Of a DNA stretch of 64,000 bases, positions 38,494 to 49,011 are shown piece after piece. The stretch is from an uncultured delta proteobacterium (GTDB taxonomy: Bacteria; Desulfobacterota; RBG-13-43-22): the NCBI GenBank assembly GCA_963790475.1, contig CAWBOS010000011.1, positions 244,602 through 308,601 of the forward strand, given 5' to 3'. The position numbers were made by a program, and so were the translations under genes. Within the stretch, counting starts at the first letter, position 1; each line of letters begins with the position of its first letter. The notes under the pieces are model-generated. The model saw nothing but the letters and a program-made list of their open reading frames with translations, did not search any database and had not been told where the DNA came from.

Positions 38494-38940
38494 CTACATC
38501 CTACTGGCCATATGAATATGCGCCCGGTGCCACATCTCCGGCCCCCACATCCCAACCTGGGCGGCCTGGTCCGGGGTGAGATAACCCCTGGCTGCCAGCC
38601 GAAAGTCGATGAATTTCATTTGTAATTGGGTTCTTAAATCGTTAAGCTCTTTTTGCTTGGCTATGATCTTGTCTTTTTCCGGTTTCGGGACAGTCCAAAG
38701 GGTTTTAAGCTCCAGCCTTTTAACTTTAATGTTGTTGCGTAGAAAAACCGTGTCCTTATGGAAATTATCCCGCAAAGTCTGGAGCTGGGTTTTTTGTTCC
38801 GGAGTGAGATTCAACAGGTTATGATGAAAGTCCTTAAAACCTTCTCTTGGACCTCCATCTCCCGGAGTCATGGCATAAACGCTGCCGGTCATTAAAAGTA
38901 AAGCGAATAAAAACGCCAAAGTCTTAGTTGAACTGATCAT
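38494..38940 (-). CDS. Spy/CpxP/ZraP-family periplasmic protein
   Basis: Signal peptide; LNLTPEQ...YLTPDQ (LTxxQ motifs). Confidence 0.85.
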   Translation of the reverse strand: MISSTKTLAFLFALLLMTGSVYAMTPGDGGPREGFKDFHHNLLNLTPEQKTQLQTLRDNFHKDTVFLRNNIKVKRLELKTLWTVPKPEKDKIIAKQKELNDLRTQLQMKFIDFRLAARGYLTPDQAAQVGMWGPEMWHRAHIHMASRM

Positions 38941-39309
38941 TTTTTCCTTCCTTTCGTAATTTTTTTGATAAAGTTAAGACAAATTCTAAAAGACCGCCTA
39001 ATATCCTTGTTGCTTATTACCTCCCCCCTTTCGCTTTTTTCTTTGTCTCTCCAAGGACTTTTCTTGAAGAGGCCGATCTAAATGGTCCGGATAGCCAAGT
39101 TAGACCAAAGGATTTTTCTTAAGTTAAAAATAAAAAAATCCTTTCGATCAGACAATTATCTATTAGTCCTTTTGCCTCACTGAATGGTTAATAAAATATT
39201 TAACCTTGAAGAAATACTCCGGTTTGCCGGAAAACAATCTCCCCCTTAAAATAAAAGGGAGGACAATCTAAGCATGCGATAAAAAGAATCCCCTAATGAA
39301 ATCGAACCC

Positions 39310-39639
39310 ATGCCTCGGCTAAGAAAGAATAAACCTTTTGAAGAAGATATCTGCAGGCATCTTTTTTCGGTATCCGCCGCCATGGTCGGTGTATGCCTGA
39401 CGGTGATCGGCTTTATCCCCATTGCTATCTCCGCCCAGCAGATCGACACCTTGGCCGACGATCTTCTTTCTGTAGTGGCCCTTTTCTTTATCTGTTCATG
39501 CCTTTGTGCTTATTACGTTTTGCGGATGCGCAGTATTCGCCGAATTCATTGCCTGGAACGAATTGCCGATGGGTTCTTCATCCTGGGTTTGATTTTGATG
39601 GTCGATGTTTGCGGTATTATTGGCTGGGCTATTATTTAA
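39310..39639 (+). CDS. Hypothetical membrane protein
   Basis: Three hydrophobic segments; SAAMVGVCLTVIG...DDLL...LERIAD..F. Confidence 0.6.
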   Translation: MPRLRKNKPFEEDICRHLFSVSAAMVGVCLTVIGFIPIAISAQQIDTLADDLLSVVALFFICSCLCAYYVLRMRSIRRIHCLERIADGFFILGLILMVDVCGIIGWAII

Positions 39640-39787
39640 CGAAAATAGAAGTTTTACTAAAAATAAGGAAGGACCTTTTGGACCCCCCCTCCGTACCTAT
39701 TGCTTTACGGTGAGGTGCTTACATGATTTAAAATTATTCTTTCTGTGAATCTAAGTCATCTTAAAGGTTTGTGGCGATTTCTATCGG

Positions 39788-41074
39788 TCATTCTAAAATG
39801 ATCTCTTTTTTAATGTATATCGGGCGCACTATTTTCCGTATCGAGTCAAGCTTTTTCGCAAAGAGGAGTGCGCCCGCTATACATGCGGTTCCGCCGAAAA
39901 TGAGGGTTGCCGGTGCGCCCAGACTGCTGGCCATCGAACCGGCCAATAGGCTGCCGAAGGGGGTCATGCCCCTAATGGCCATGGTATAAAAACTCATCAC
40001 GCGTCCTCGTTTATCATCCTCGACGATAGTCTGTATGACCGTATTGGAGGAGGCCATTTGGACCATCATCCCGAACCCGGTCAGAACCATCAAACCCAAA
40101 GAGAGCCATATAAGACGGGACAGGGAGAAGGCAATGAGTCCTATCCCAAAGATACTTGAAGCCATGACAATGATCCTCCCTAAGCCCAAGACACTTTTTC
40201 TCGAAGCCAGATAAATGGCACCGGCCAAGGCTCCGAGGCCCGAACATCCTACAAGAAAACCAAGGGTATGAGATCCCCCATGGAGGATATCTTTGGCAAA
40301 AACGGGCATGAGGATTGAGTAGGGCATTCCCATCAGGCTGACCAAAGCCAAAAGCAACAGCAAAGAACGGATGGGAATAAATCCAAAGGCATAAGAAAAC
40401 CCATCCTTCAACCCCTGCCACACCTGGGTGGTTTGATTCTTTCTTTGGAGGGGAGCAATTTTCATGGCCAACAGCGATGCGATAACCGCAAGATAACTCA
40501 GGCCATTGATAAGAAAACACATCCCCTCACCGACGACTCCAATCAATAGGCCGGCTATGGCGGGTCCAAATAATCGAGCGCTGTTTACCAGAGAGGAGTT
40601 CAGGGCGATGGCATTGCCCAAATCCTCCCTTTTTTCCACCATTTCAAGCACAAAAGACTGCCGTATCGGCATGTCAAAGGCATTAACCAATCCAAGAGCG
40701 GCTGAGAGAATCATGATCTGGATTACATCGATCAGGCCTTCAAGGGTGAGGAAGGCTAATAGCAAGGCCTGGACCATGGCCAGTATTTGAGTAATCACCA
40801 GTGCCCGTCGAAGAGGCCACCGGTCGGCCAAAACCCCGGCCAACGGAGCTAACAGAAAGGTGGAGATGGACCCCATAAATCCGACCAGGCCCAGCATAAA
40901 GGGTGAATGGGACAAATGATACACCAGCCAGCTCATGGCGATTTGCTGCATCCAGGTCCCGATAAGAGAGATCCCTTGTCCGCCGAAAAAAAGGCGGTAA
41001 TTGCGATGTGACAAGGCCCTGAAGGTTCCCTTCAACCTACCGGGATTATATAGACGAACTTTTCTGGATATCAT
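39788..41074 (-). CDS. MFS transporter
   Basis: GQGISLIGTWMQ, GVLADRW and DDKRGRVMS motifs; about 12 TMs. Confidence 0.92.
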   Translation of the reverse strand: MISRKVRLYNPGRLKGTFRALSHRNYRLFFGGQGISLIGTWMQQIAMSWLVYHLSHSPFMLGLVGFMGSISTFLLAPLAGVLADRWPLRRALVITQILAMVQALLLAFLTLEGLIDVIQIMILSAALGLVNAFDMPIRQSFVLEMVEKREDLGNAIALNSSLVNSARLFGPAIAGLLIGVVGEGMCFLINGLSYLAVIASLLAMKIAPLQRKNQTTQVWQGLKDGFSYAFGFIPIRSLLLLLALVSLMGMPYSILMPVFAKDILHGGSHTLGFLVGCSGLGALAGAIYLASRKSVLGLGRIIVMASSIFGIGLIAFSLSRLIWLSLGLMVLTGFGMMVQMASSNTVIQTIVEDDKRGRVMSFYTMAIRGMTPFGSLLAGSMASSLGAPATLIFGGTACIAGALLFAKKLDSIRKIVRPIYIKKEIILE

Positions 41075-41342
41075 TTTTCCTATAGATCCATCTTCGGTTT
41101 TTTTCTGTAACCTTCTTGCTCACCGGGGAGGTGATCAATTTTTCAGAACCATTATTATTGAAGAAGATTTGGTTTTTATGGGAAAGAGTTTAAGGCATGG
41201 GAAATAAATGATCAAGAAGTAAAATCTCTCCCAATTTTTCAATTTGAATAATTCCCAGCAAAAGGTTATTCTGATAGTCTGGACCTTCAAAAATTGATTA
41301 CTCCTTTTTTAAATCCTTTATCCTGGGGATACAGAGGCCATA

Positions 41343-42050
41343 ATGCACTACTTTCCTGTAGCATTGCCTTTTCTGATTCTTTTTGCGGCCCTTCTCGCTG
41401 TTCTGATAGCGGTAGTTGAGGTAGGGGTTCTTCGCTACGCCTATCACAAGATCGGGATCGGGCCAAGGCACATGTTCCTCCTGTTGGCACTTTCTTTCCT
41501 GGGCAGCTACGTGAATATCCCCGTCTGGCAGCTTCCTCCCCATCCGATAGTTTTACCTGGTGTCGTATCCTTTTATGGTATACCTCAGGTCATTCCGATC
41601 GTACGAGACTGGCCGGGGACGGTTATTGCGGTCAATCTCGGCGGGGCTATCATTCCCGTTTTTCTTTCTATCTACCTGCTCATAAAGAATAGACTGCTTC
41701 AGAAGAGCCTCGTCGGTATAGGCATTGTAACCGTTTGCGTGCACCTCATCGCCGAGCCCATGAAAGGCGTGGGGATTGCCGTTCCGACCTACGTCCCGCC
41801 TTTGATCGCCGCCGTAGTCGGATTATTCCTTTCCCGACAGTATGCGCCCCCCCTCGCCTACATAGCAGGAAGCCTCGGCACTCTCATCGGGGCCGACCTT
41901 CTCAATTTGGGGAAGATCCAGGGACTGGGCGCTCCTGTTGCTTCCATTGGGGGGGCAGGAACGTTTGACGGCATTTTTCTCACCGGGATCCTCGCCGTTC
42001 TCCTGGCAGGCCTTGTTTCGAAAGAGGGGGCTTCCAGACGCCGGAGGTGA
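41343..42050 (+). CDS. DUF1614-family membrane protein
   Basis: GSYVNIP, AVNLGGAIIP, GTLIGADLLNL and SIGGAGTFDGIF motifs. Confidence 0.85.
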   Translation: MHYFPVALPFLILFAALLAVLIAVVEVGVLRYAYHKIGIGPRHMFLLLALSFLGSYVNIPVWQLPPHPIVLPGVVSFYGIPQVIPIVRDWPGTVIAVNLGGAIIPVFLSIYLLIKNRLLQKSLVGIGIVTVCVHLIAEPMKGVGIAVPTYVPPLIAAVVGLFLSRQYAPPLAYIAGSLGTLIGADLLNLGKIQGLGAPVASIGGAGTFDGIFLTGILAVLLAGLVSKEGASRRRR

Positions 42051-42183
42051 ATTGATGCCGGTATGGCCGGTTATGTAACAGGGTACTGCCAGGCCTGATT
42101 CAGAAACAACGACTCGAATTAAAGGATTGAACGGCGGAGATTGGATGAATTGCCGAAAAAAATGATTTTGAATTGAGGGAAAA

Positions 42184-42228
42184 AACGCCCGAAGGTCGAG
42201 CCTGGAACAACGTCTTCCTTCGGGCGTT
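42184..42228 (-). terminator. Hairpin terminator after degQ
   Basis: 12-bp stem aacgcccgaagg / ccttcgggcgtt with a U-tract on the minus strand. Confidence 0.7.
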
Positions 42229-42238
42229 CTCGGGGGGG

Positions 42239-43702
42239 CTAATTTGGTTTTACCGCGGCGAAGAGATGGTTTTCTCCTCTTTGAATAAAGAGCAGGATGT
42301 TGTCCTGACCTTTGATCTTTTCAATCTTCTGCAAAAAATCATCGGCATTCTTGACCGGTTTCCGGTTGACCTCCCGGATGACATCTCCGGGTTGGATACC
42401 CGCCTCGTCGGCCGCGCTCCCGGATTCAACCTCGGCCACGACCACACCTCCTGGTTTTTTTAACCCAAGTCCCCGAGCGATTTCCGGAGTAAGGTTCTGG
42501 ACTGTAATCCCCAGGGATGGCTGAGAAGAGGGCGCCCTGGCCGTAACTTCTTTTTCCTCCATTTCTCCAACTTTCAGGGAGCGATCCATGACTTTGCCTT
42601 CTCTGGACAGCTTCAAACCAACCAATTTCCCTATCGTTGTCGAAGCCACGATTCGGGGCAGGTCATTCGCTTCTGATATTTTTTTACCGTCAAACTCAAG
42701 GATGATATCCCCTTGCTCAATGCCGGCCTTTTCCGCCGGACTGCCCGGGTTTACCTGGGCCACCAGGGCGCCCCTATTTTCCTTGAGGCCGAATGACTTG
42801 GCCAAATCCGGGGTTACCTCCTGAATGGTCACGCCCAGCCAGCCTCGGGTCACATGGCCTTTATTCTGGAGTTGACCGGCAATGTTTTTGGCCATATTGA
42901 TCGGGATGGCAAAACCAATCCCCTGGCCTTGGGCCACAATGGCCGTGTTAATGCCGACCACTTCCCCTTTCATATTGATGAGGGGGCCTCCACTGTTGCC
43001 GGGGTTGATGGACGCATCCGTTTGAATAAAGTTATCATAAGGTCCGGATCCGATTACCCGACCCTTGGCGCTGACGATGCCCGCGGTCACGGTCTGTTCC
43101 AGTCCGAAAGGGCTGCCGATGGCCACGACCCAGTTGCCGACCTTCATATCCTCTGAGTTGCCAAGGTTCAGGGGGTGGAGATCCGAGGCCCCTTCGATCT
43201 TGAGCAAGGCCAGGTCGGTCTTGGGGTCCCGTCCGACGACCTTACCTGTATACTCCTTGCCGTTACTGAGTTTGACTTTAATCTGGTCGGCTTCTTCAAC
43301 CACATGATTATTGGTCAGGATATATCCGTCACGGCTGATGACAAACCCCGAACCAATGCCCCGCTGTTCGTACCCTCTTGGTGGGTTTCCATGGAAAAAA
43401 GGTCCGAAAAAATCACCGAAGGGGTCCTTTTCCCCAAAGGGAAACCCATGGAAACTGTGGGTGTTCAGACCAATGTTCTTTACTTTTTTGACGACCTGAA
43501 TGTTGACAACCCCGGGACGAACCTTTTCCGCCAAATCGCTGAAGGTAGCCGGGATCATAATGGGCTGGGAAATGGCGGGCTCCGGTGAAACTGCCGCATT
43601 GGAATGTTTGAATGCCTGGGACACTCCCAATCCTGTTCCAGTCAAGACCCCGATCAGGACCAGGGTGAGGAGAATGTTTTTGAATCGTTTTTTATGTTCC
43701 AT
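42239..43702 (-). CDS. degQ: DegQ/HtrA serine protease with two PDZ domains
   Basis: GSGFVI, TNNHVV, TDLAL and QTDASINPGNSGGPL motifs. Confidence 0.93.
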   Translation of the reverse strand: MEHKKRFKNILLTLVLIGVLTGTGLGVSQAFKHSNAAVSPEPAISQPIMIPATFSDLAEKVRPGVVNIQVVKKVKNIGLNTHSFHGFPFGEKDPFGDFFGPFFHGNPPRGYEQRGIGSGFVISRDGYILTNNHVVEEADQIKVKLSNGKEYTGKVVGRDPKTDLALLKIEGASDLHPLNLGNSEDMKVGNWVVAIGSPFGLEQTVTAGIVSAKGRVIGSGPYDNFIQTDASINPGNSGGPLINMKGEVVGINTAIVAQGQGIGFAIPINMAKNIAGQLQNKGHVTRGWLGVTIQEVTPDLAKSFGLKENRGALVAQVNPGSPAEKAGIEQGDIILEFDGKKISEANDLPRIVASTTIGKLVGLKLSREGKVMDRSLKVGEMEEKEVTARAPSSQPSLGITVQNLTPEIARGLGLKKPGGVVVAEVESGSAADEAGIQPGDVIREVNRKPVKNADDFLQKIEKIKGQDNILLFIQRGENHLFAAVKPN

Positions 43703-43774
43703 GTTATTCCTCCTTAGTTGAGATAATGGATTTTGGTTGACTATAAATCTTTCTGTTGAGGGAATGATAAATCA

Positions 43775-43807
43775 GGAAGATGATCGGAAGATGACCTGAA
43801 GATTACA
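43775..43807 (-). promoter_or_regulatory. Triple 11-bp direct repeat, candidate OmpR-family box
   Basis: ggaagatgatc-ggaagatgacc-tgaagattaca upstream of degQ. Confidence 0.6.
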
Positions 43808-43830
43808 AGTTGGTTAGGTTGGGGAGGATG

Positions 43831-45252
43831 TTAGCGCCCTGGTGGCGACGGGGATTTGGGAAGGATGACCTTGAAAGTGCTCCCCTCATTCGGTTCACTG
43901 ACGGCCATAATATCTCCGCCGTGGGCCCGGGCAATGGCCCTGGCCAGACTCAAGCCCAAACCGATGCCTTCCAGAGACCGGCTTTGGTCGCAGCGATAGA
44001 ACCGTTCAAATATCCTGGGAAGATCACTGGGGGAAATACCGATCCCGGTGTCTTTGACAATGAGGACCAGATTTTCCTCCTGTTCTACTATGGAAACGGT
44101 AACGGACCCTCCGGACGGGGTATATTTGATGGCGTTGTCCAGAAGATTGGAGAGCAGGCGCTGAATCATCCGGGTATCGGCTTTAAGAAGGCTTCTCTCC
44201 GGCACCTCACAGGTTAACTGAACCCCTTTATCCTCTGTGGTGGGTAAAAACAATTCGCAGGCTTCATGAACCAGGACAACCAGATCCACTTCTTCAACCG
44301 AAATGATGTCTACCCCCGATTCGGTTTTTGAAATCAGAAGCATGGTGTTAATCATTTCCAGGAGCCGGTCGCATTCCTCGATAGTATCAGCGGCCATAGT
44401 TTCATATTCAGTCAGGGATTTAGCTGTGGTCAGGGTTACCTCGGCATGGCCCCGAATTCGGGTCAGGGGGCTTCTCAGGTCATGGGCGATATGGTCGGTC
44501 ATTTCCTTGATCTCGGTGACCAGAATTTGAATGCGATCGAGCATCTGATTGAAGGTCTGGGCCAGTTGGTCGATTTCGTCCCCCTGACCTTTAATGAGGA
44601 CCCGTTCTTCCAGAGTGCCTCCGGATATTTTCCGGGCCGTCCGGGTCACCGCCTCCACTCCGGAGACGGCCCGCCGGGCCATAAACCAACCCAAGCCCGC
44701 GGCCGCCAAAATCAGGATGGACATAGTGATGATGAAGATCCCCTTGAAGGCGGCCAGAAAGCGGGAATAACTCTCCATGACCAATCCCACCTGTAAGATT
44801 ATGCTGGGATTGATCATGGCGTAGAGGATCCGGATCTTATCCGGTCGATCCTGAAAGATAATAGTTTCCAGAACAGGCCGTCCCGCACGAAGCAATTCCT
44901 GGATGGCCTTTTCTGAAATTTCAATATTCTTCCAATAGGACATGTTGGACGAGGAAAAAACCTGTCCCTCCAAAGAAAGGAACCGAAAGAAAACTTTCTT
45001 TTCACCGGCGGCCTTGGCCTCTACCAAGGCGACACTTTTCACGGCTTCGATCCCTTCGGTAGCCAGGAGGGTTGAGAAGCGGTTGACCTGTCCTAAAAGC
45101 TCCTGGTCGGTTTGATCTCGCATAAAAGAAGTGATGAGTGCATAGAACAAAAGAAAGGCTACAATGGATGAGAGGGCGAAGATCCCGGCATACCAGAGGG
45201 TCAGTCGAAAGGAGAGGGTATTCAAAAAATTAATGGGATTCCTTAAGGACAT
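43831..45252 (-). CDS. Sensor histidine kinase (HAMP-HisKA-HATPase)
   Basis: IAHDLRSPL, NLLDNAIKY, DTGIGI and GLGL boxes. Confidence 0.95.
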   Translation of the reverse strand: MSLRNPINFLNTLSFRLTLWYAGIFALSSIVAFLLFYALITSFMRDQTDQELLGQVNRFSTLLATEGIEAVKSVALVEAKAAGEKKVFFRFLSLEGQVFSSSNMSYWKNIEISEKAIQELLRAGRPVLETIIFQDRPDKIRILYAMINPSIILQVGLVMESYSRFLAAFKGIFIITMSILILAAAGLGWFMARRAVSGVEAVTRTARKISGGTLEERVLIKGQGDEIDQLAQTFNQMLDRIQILVTEIKEMTDHIAHDLRSPLTRIRGHAEVTLTTAKSLTEYETMAADTIEECDRLLEMINTMLLISKTESGVDIISVEEVDLVVLVHEACELFLPTTEDKGVQLTCEVPERSLLKADTRMIQRLLSNLLDNAIKYTPSGGSVTVSIVEQEENLVLIVKDTGIGISPSDLPRIFERFYRCDQSRSLEGIGLGLSLARAIARAHGGDIMAVSEPNEGSTFKVILPKSPSPPGR

Positions 45253-45907
45253 ATCCCACTCCCCGGATGGTATGGATCAGTTTCGTTTCAAAATCCCGGT
45301 CGATTTTATCCCTGAGCCGGCAGATCCGGGCTTCGACCACATTGGTCTGGGGATCAAAATTATAATTCCAGACATGTTCCATAATCATCGTTTTGGAGAC
45401 GACCCGGCCGGCACTGCGCATCAGATATTCGAGAAGCGAAAATTCAATGGGCTGAAGATCGATCTTCCGCCCTCCTCGGAGAACTTCCCGGGAAAGAAGA
45501 TTGAGGGATAAATCGCCTACGGCCAGACGGGTGGGTTCAGAGAGGCCGCTGGTTCTGCGGATCAGGGCCTGCACCCGGGCCAGGAGTTCGGAGAAAGCGA
45601 AAGGCTTGGTGATATAGTCATCGCTTCCGGTCTGAAGTCCTTTGACCCGATCGTCAATAGATCCTTTGGCACTGAGAATGATCACCGGGGTATGGACCTT
45701 TTCTTTCCGCATCTTTTCGATGAGAGATAACCCGTCCCGTTTGGGCAGCATGATATCGATGATGGCGGTATCGTAGGGCTCGGTCAAGGCCATATCGAGA
45801 CCCCTTTCCCCATCGGAGGCATGGTCCACGGCATAGCCGGCGGCCTTTAAACCCTTCATAATAAAAGAGGCAATTTTGAAGTCGTCTTCGACCACTAAAA
45901 TACGCAT
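45230..45907 (-). CDS. OmpR-family response regulator (CusR-like)
   Basis: REC domain + winged helix (TIRGVGY). Confidence 0.95.
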   Translation of the reverse strand: MRILVVEDDFKIASFIMKGLKAAGYAVDHASDGERGLDMALTEPYDTAIIDIMLPKRDGLSLIEKMRKEKVHTPVIILSAKGSIDDRVKGLQTGSDDYITKPFAFSELLARVQALIRRTSGLSEPTRLAVGDLSLNLLSREVLRGGRKIDLQPIEFSLLEYLMRSAGRVVSKTMIMEHVWNYNFDPQTNVVEARICRLRDKIDRDFETKLIHTIRGVGYVLKESH

Positions 45908-45997
45908 ACCAAACCCTCGACGAAACTGAAGCCGTTTTCGGCTACTTGGTCAACATAAAGTCAATATTTCCGGGCTCCGAGACATCTGTGGAATCTC

Positions 45998-46591
45998 CTA
46001 TTCTTTTCCACTCAACCTGGGTTTCAGATATCGGTATGCCGAATAAAAAAGAATGAAGAGAATGACAACCAGAATGGCAACGTGTTCAATTTTAACTATG
46101 CCTTGTTTTATGAATTTGATGCTGTTTCCTCCCCAATAGCCGGCCCCGATCATCAGGGTCATGGTAAAGAGGGAAGACACCGCATCGGTGACTAAAAATT
46201 TCAGGGCGGGCATTCTCATAATCCCGGAAACGAGAAATATCTGGGCCCTCAATCCGGCCACATGTCTTCCCAAGGCGATAATCAGGATTCCCCAACGGTT
46301 GAATTTTCCTTCCAGAAAAGAGAGCCGGTCCGCAGAAATCAATTTGTGGAAATGGCGATGGGAAACCACCTGGCGGCCGTATTTTTTACCAATAAAATGG
46401 AGGGTCAAATCGGCGATCAACAAACCCACATAGACGGTGATCAGAGCCGGGATGGGCTTTACCACCTGAGTGGAGATCAGAAACCCGCAAAGAATAAGCG
46501 TGGCATCTTCCGGAAAAGGCAGTCCTATTCCCCCGAGAAGGAGCAGGAGGAACAGCCCTATATAAGGGAAATGTTCGATGTTGGGTATCAA
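45998..46591 (-). CDS. DedA family membrane protein
   Basis: GLPFPED, GR..AGLR and SG..RMP..KF motifs. Confidence 0.9.
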   Translation of the reverse strand: MIPNIEHFPYIGLFLLLLLGGIGLPFPEDATLILCGFLISTQVVKPIPALITVYVGLLIADLTLHFIGKKYGRQVVSHRHFHKLISADRLSFLEGKFNRWGILIIALGRHVAGLRAQIFLVSGIMRMPALKFLVTDAVSSLFTMTLMIGAGYWGGNSIKFIKQGIVKIEHVAILVVILFILFYSAYRYLKPRLSGKE

Positions 46592-46672
46592 TAGTAATAT
46601 TTATCTCGGTATAGAGGAAAATAGAAAGCCCTTGACTCCCGATCCAAAAAAGAATTGTATTTGATACTGTCC

Positions 46673-46930
46673 CTATCCTGAGGTTTTAATGTTGGATACC
46701 AATTGGGCGACCTGGAGTCCCAAGTTGACGCATTGCTTTCCTTCCATACAGGAGTCGGCATCCTCTGAATCCAAATAGGTTTTAAGCTGATGACCTTCCT
46801 TTTTTAAGTCCACGACCCAGGCTTTTTTGGCCTCATCATATTCCGCTTTCACATCAATGCCGCATTGGCCGATCTCGGGATAAAGAGACTTGATACTTTG
46901 ACACAATTCTTCTTTGTTATGCATCTTCAT
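46673..46930 (-). CDS. Small conserved-looking hypothetical protein
   Basis: GGAGG RBS; LC..I..LYPEIG.CGID...AWVVDL...CMEGKQC. Confidence 0.7.
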   Translation of the reverse strand: MKMHNKEELCQSIKSLYPEIGQCGIDVKAEYDEAKKAWVVDLKKEGHQLKTYLDSEDADSCMEGKQCVNLGLQVAQLVSNIKTSG

Positions 46931-46995
46931 AACCTCCTTTTTTTAATTTTATTAAGGGTCCCTTGCAGCAAGATTTTAGTTTATTCTATATATTT

Positions 46996-48402
46996 GAACC
47001 TTTTGCAAAACTTATAAAAACTGCATGATGAAATATATCAGCAGGCGGTTATCCCAGTCGATTTAGGAATTTTGGGTCTTTCTTAACGACGATAGTCAGA
47101 TTTGAGACTTTGGTAACAATTTTCAGGCATAGTTCTCCTCCTGACCTGAACTTTTCACCCCGTTCTTTGAAAATTTACTCAGGAAGCCAACTTTATCAAC
47201 TGATCCGCAAAGAGCGCCAGGACGCCAAACATGAGATGGAGATTGACTTTCAAGGCTCCTCGGACCATGACATTCTTGGCACCGAACTCTTCTTTTAACC
47301 GGCTATTGAACCGTTCTGATGCTGTCCTTCCATTAAATCTTCTGGCCTCGTGGGGAGCCATAGGGATCACATCCTTACCGCGGAAGTTCTTGTCGATAAT
47401 GGGCACATGTCCCAGAGCTCTGCTGATTGCATAGATAGATCCAGCGTCATAAGCGGCATCCATCAAATCATAAAGATAATCCACCTTGGAACTAGTCATC
47501 TTCATTAACGGTATAGCGACCTGGCTGTCATGAAGCGATGCTGCGGTCAAGACGACACTCACCGGCAATCCGCAATCATTAACATCGGCATGGAGTTTAT
47601 ACCCGACCCAGGTCTCTTTGTACCCTTTGGAGTTCTTCTTGGTCCCTACGTCGCAGTAAACCGGCAATTCTTTTAAGGCCTCTTCAACTGATTGCTCTCG
47701 TTGCCTGGTCAAGCGTTTGTCTTCCTTGGAATCACGGAGTTCTCCCTTGACTGGACGTCCTCTCTTCTTCGGCGCAGGCTTTTCTTTTACAGGCTTCTTA
47801 GTCGGCTTTTCCCGACCTTCTATGGCCGTTGCGTCTCGGGATATATGACCAACCAGTTCCGGCTTTAAACAACGTTCCACCAGGGCTTCGTGAACTTTTT
47901 CGCCAAGCCCCCCTTCGGCAAACTCCGCAAAGGCCCTGGAAAAAGTGGCCTCAGAGGGAATGTCGGATACCTTTTCGAACCCGCAGATGCGTCTTACATT
48001 AGACGTCGTTTTCAAATGTTCAATGGTTGATCTGGTGAAGGAATGGTTATAGACCGTCTTGGCCACAAAAGCCCGCGCTATCGCTTGGCGCTCAAGGATC
48101 TTCCTCCCCATCCACTGATTTAAAGAACTCCGGGGAACATATCTTTCAACCTCAACCAGTTCCAATATCGTCACCAGCCGTTCCTCTTTTTCAGTCAAAG
48201 GCTGTTCCCAACATTCTTCTAAATCGGAAAATAAACCTTGTTGCAATCTACCCCTTAACCATGATACTTTTTTCCAGAGCTTCATCGGTGTCTCCTGTGT
48301 TTTTTTGTGTTCTTTCTAAACATCATCTTAACACAGAACCACCGCTGAGGCTCACTCTTTATGCTTGTCTATTCCCTAAAAATAGACTTTTGCAAGAGGC
48401 TC
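46996..48402 (-). mobile_element. Insertion sequence (IS5/IS1182-like DDE), ATTT target duplication
   Basis: IRs gaaccttttgcaaaact (46996) and acttttgcaagaggctc (ends 48402); ATTT at 46992-46995 and 48403-48406. Confidence 0.8.
47179..48285 (-). CDS. DDE transposase
   Basis: PSEATFSR, SRDATAI, GYKLH, MDAAYD and R...ERFNSRLK motifs. Confidence 0.9.
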   Translation of the reverse strand: MKLWKKVSWLRGRLQQGLFSDLEECWEQPLTEKEERLVTILELVEVERYVPRSSLNQWMGRKILERQAIARAFVAKTVYNHSFTRSTIEHLKTTSNVRRICGFEKVSDIPSEATFSRAFAEFAEGGLGEKVHEALVERCLKPELVGHISRDATAIEGREKPTKKPVKEKPAPKKRGRPVKGELRDSKEDKRLTRQREQSVEEALKELPVYCDVGTKKNSKGYKETWVGYKLHADVNDCGLPVSVVLTAASLHDSQVAIPLMKMTSSKVDYLYDLMDAAYDAGSIYAISRALGHVPIIDKNFRGKDVIPMAPHEARRFNGRTASERFNSRLKEEFGAKNVMVRGALKVNLHLMFGVLALFADQLIKLAS

Positions 48403-48589
48403 ATTTATATTGAGACCCTTAATAACTTCATTATAATTAAATATACCAGCTTGTTTGAACTAAAGCAAAACTTATCCTCTGTCCTCGGAAAATGGAATAA
48501 TAGGGCCGCTCCTTAATATCGGCAAAATTCAGCCAGCTTTTCTTGGCTTTTGTTGATTTTCTCAAGAAGTATTTGATATTCCCGCGGGG

Positions 48590-48960
48590 TTAGATGCCAT
48601 GATGCCATTCTCGCAGTATAACCGAAAGATATTTTACGATACCATCTGCAAATTTTTGTTTGTTATCTGTTGATAAATGCTTAGACCAGGCCCATAATTC
48701 TCCGAGGACATTTCTTTCTTCTTTTGGTGGCTTCAACCAACTCATTCCATTGCTCCCACTCTTTCTGGATGGTAATAGCGGCCACGATGCTGAAAATAAG
48801 AGATATGGCAGAGTAGAGCTAAGGGACACCCCCTAAGTCACGTAAGTCTACACTTAAAATATTTCCATGATCGATGGTGCCGGTCAACCAGAATGCTCTG
48901 ATGAAAAAACTACGAAAAAAAGAAATAGTTTTGGAATAGACTTCATCCTTGGGGTTTTAT
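48590..48960 (-). pseudogene. Degraded membrane-protein gene (DUF4239-like)
   Basis: Across frameshifts: FSIVAAITIQKEWEQWNELVEATK / NVLGELWAWS...IVKYLSVILREW. Confidence 0.35.
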
Positions 48961-49011
48961 CTGTCTTCAACATTGCCACCTGTTTCATTTTTTTAACGCC
49001 CTTATCTTCAA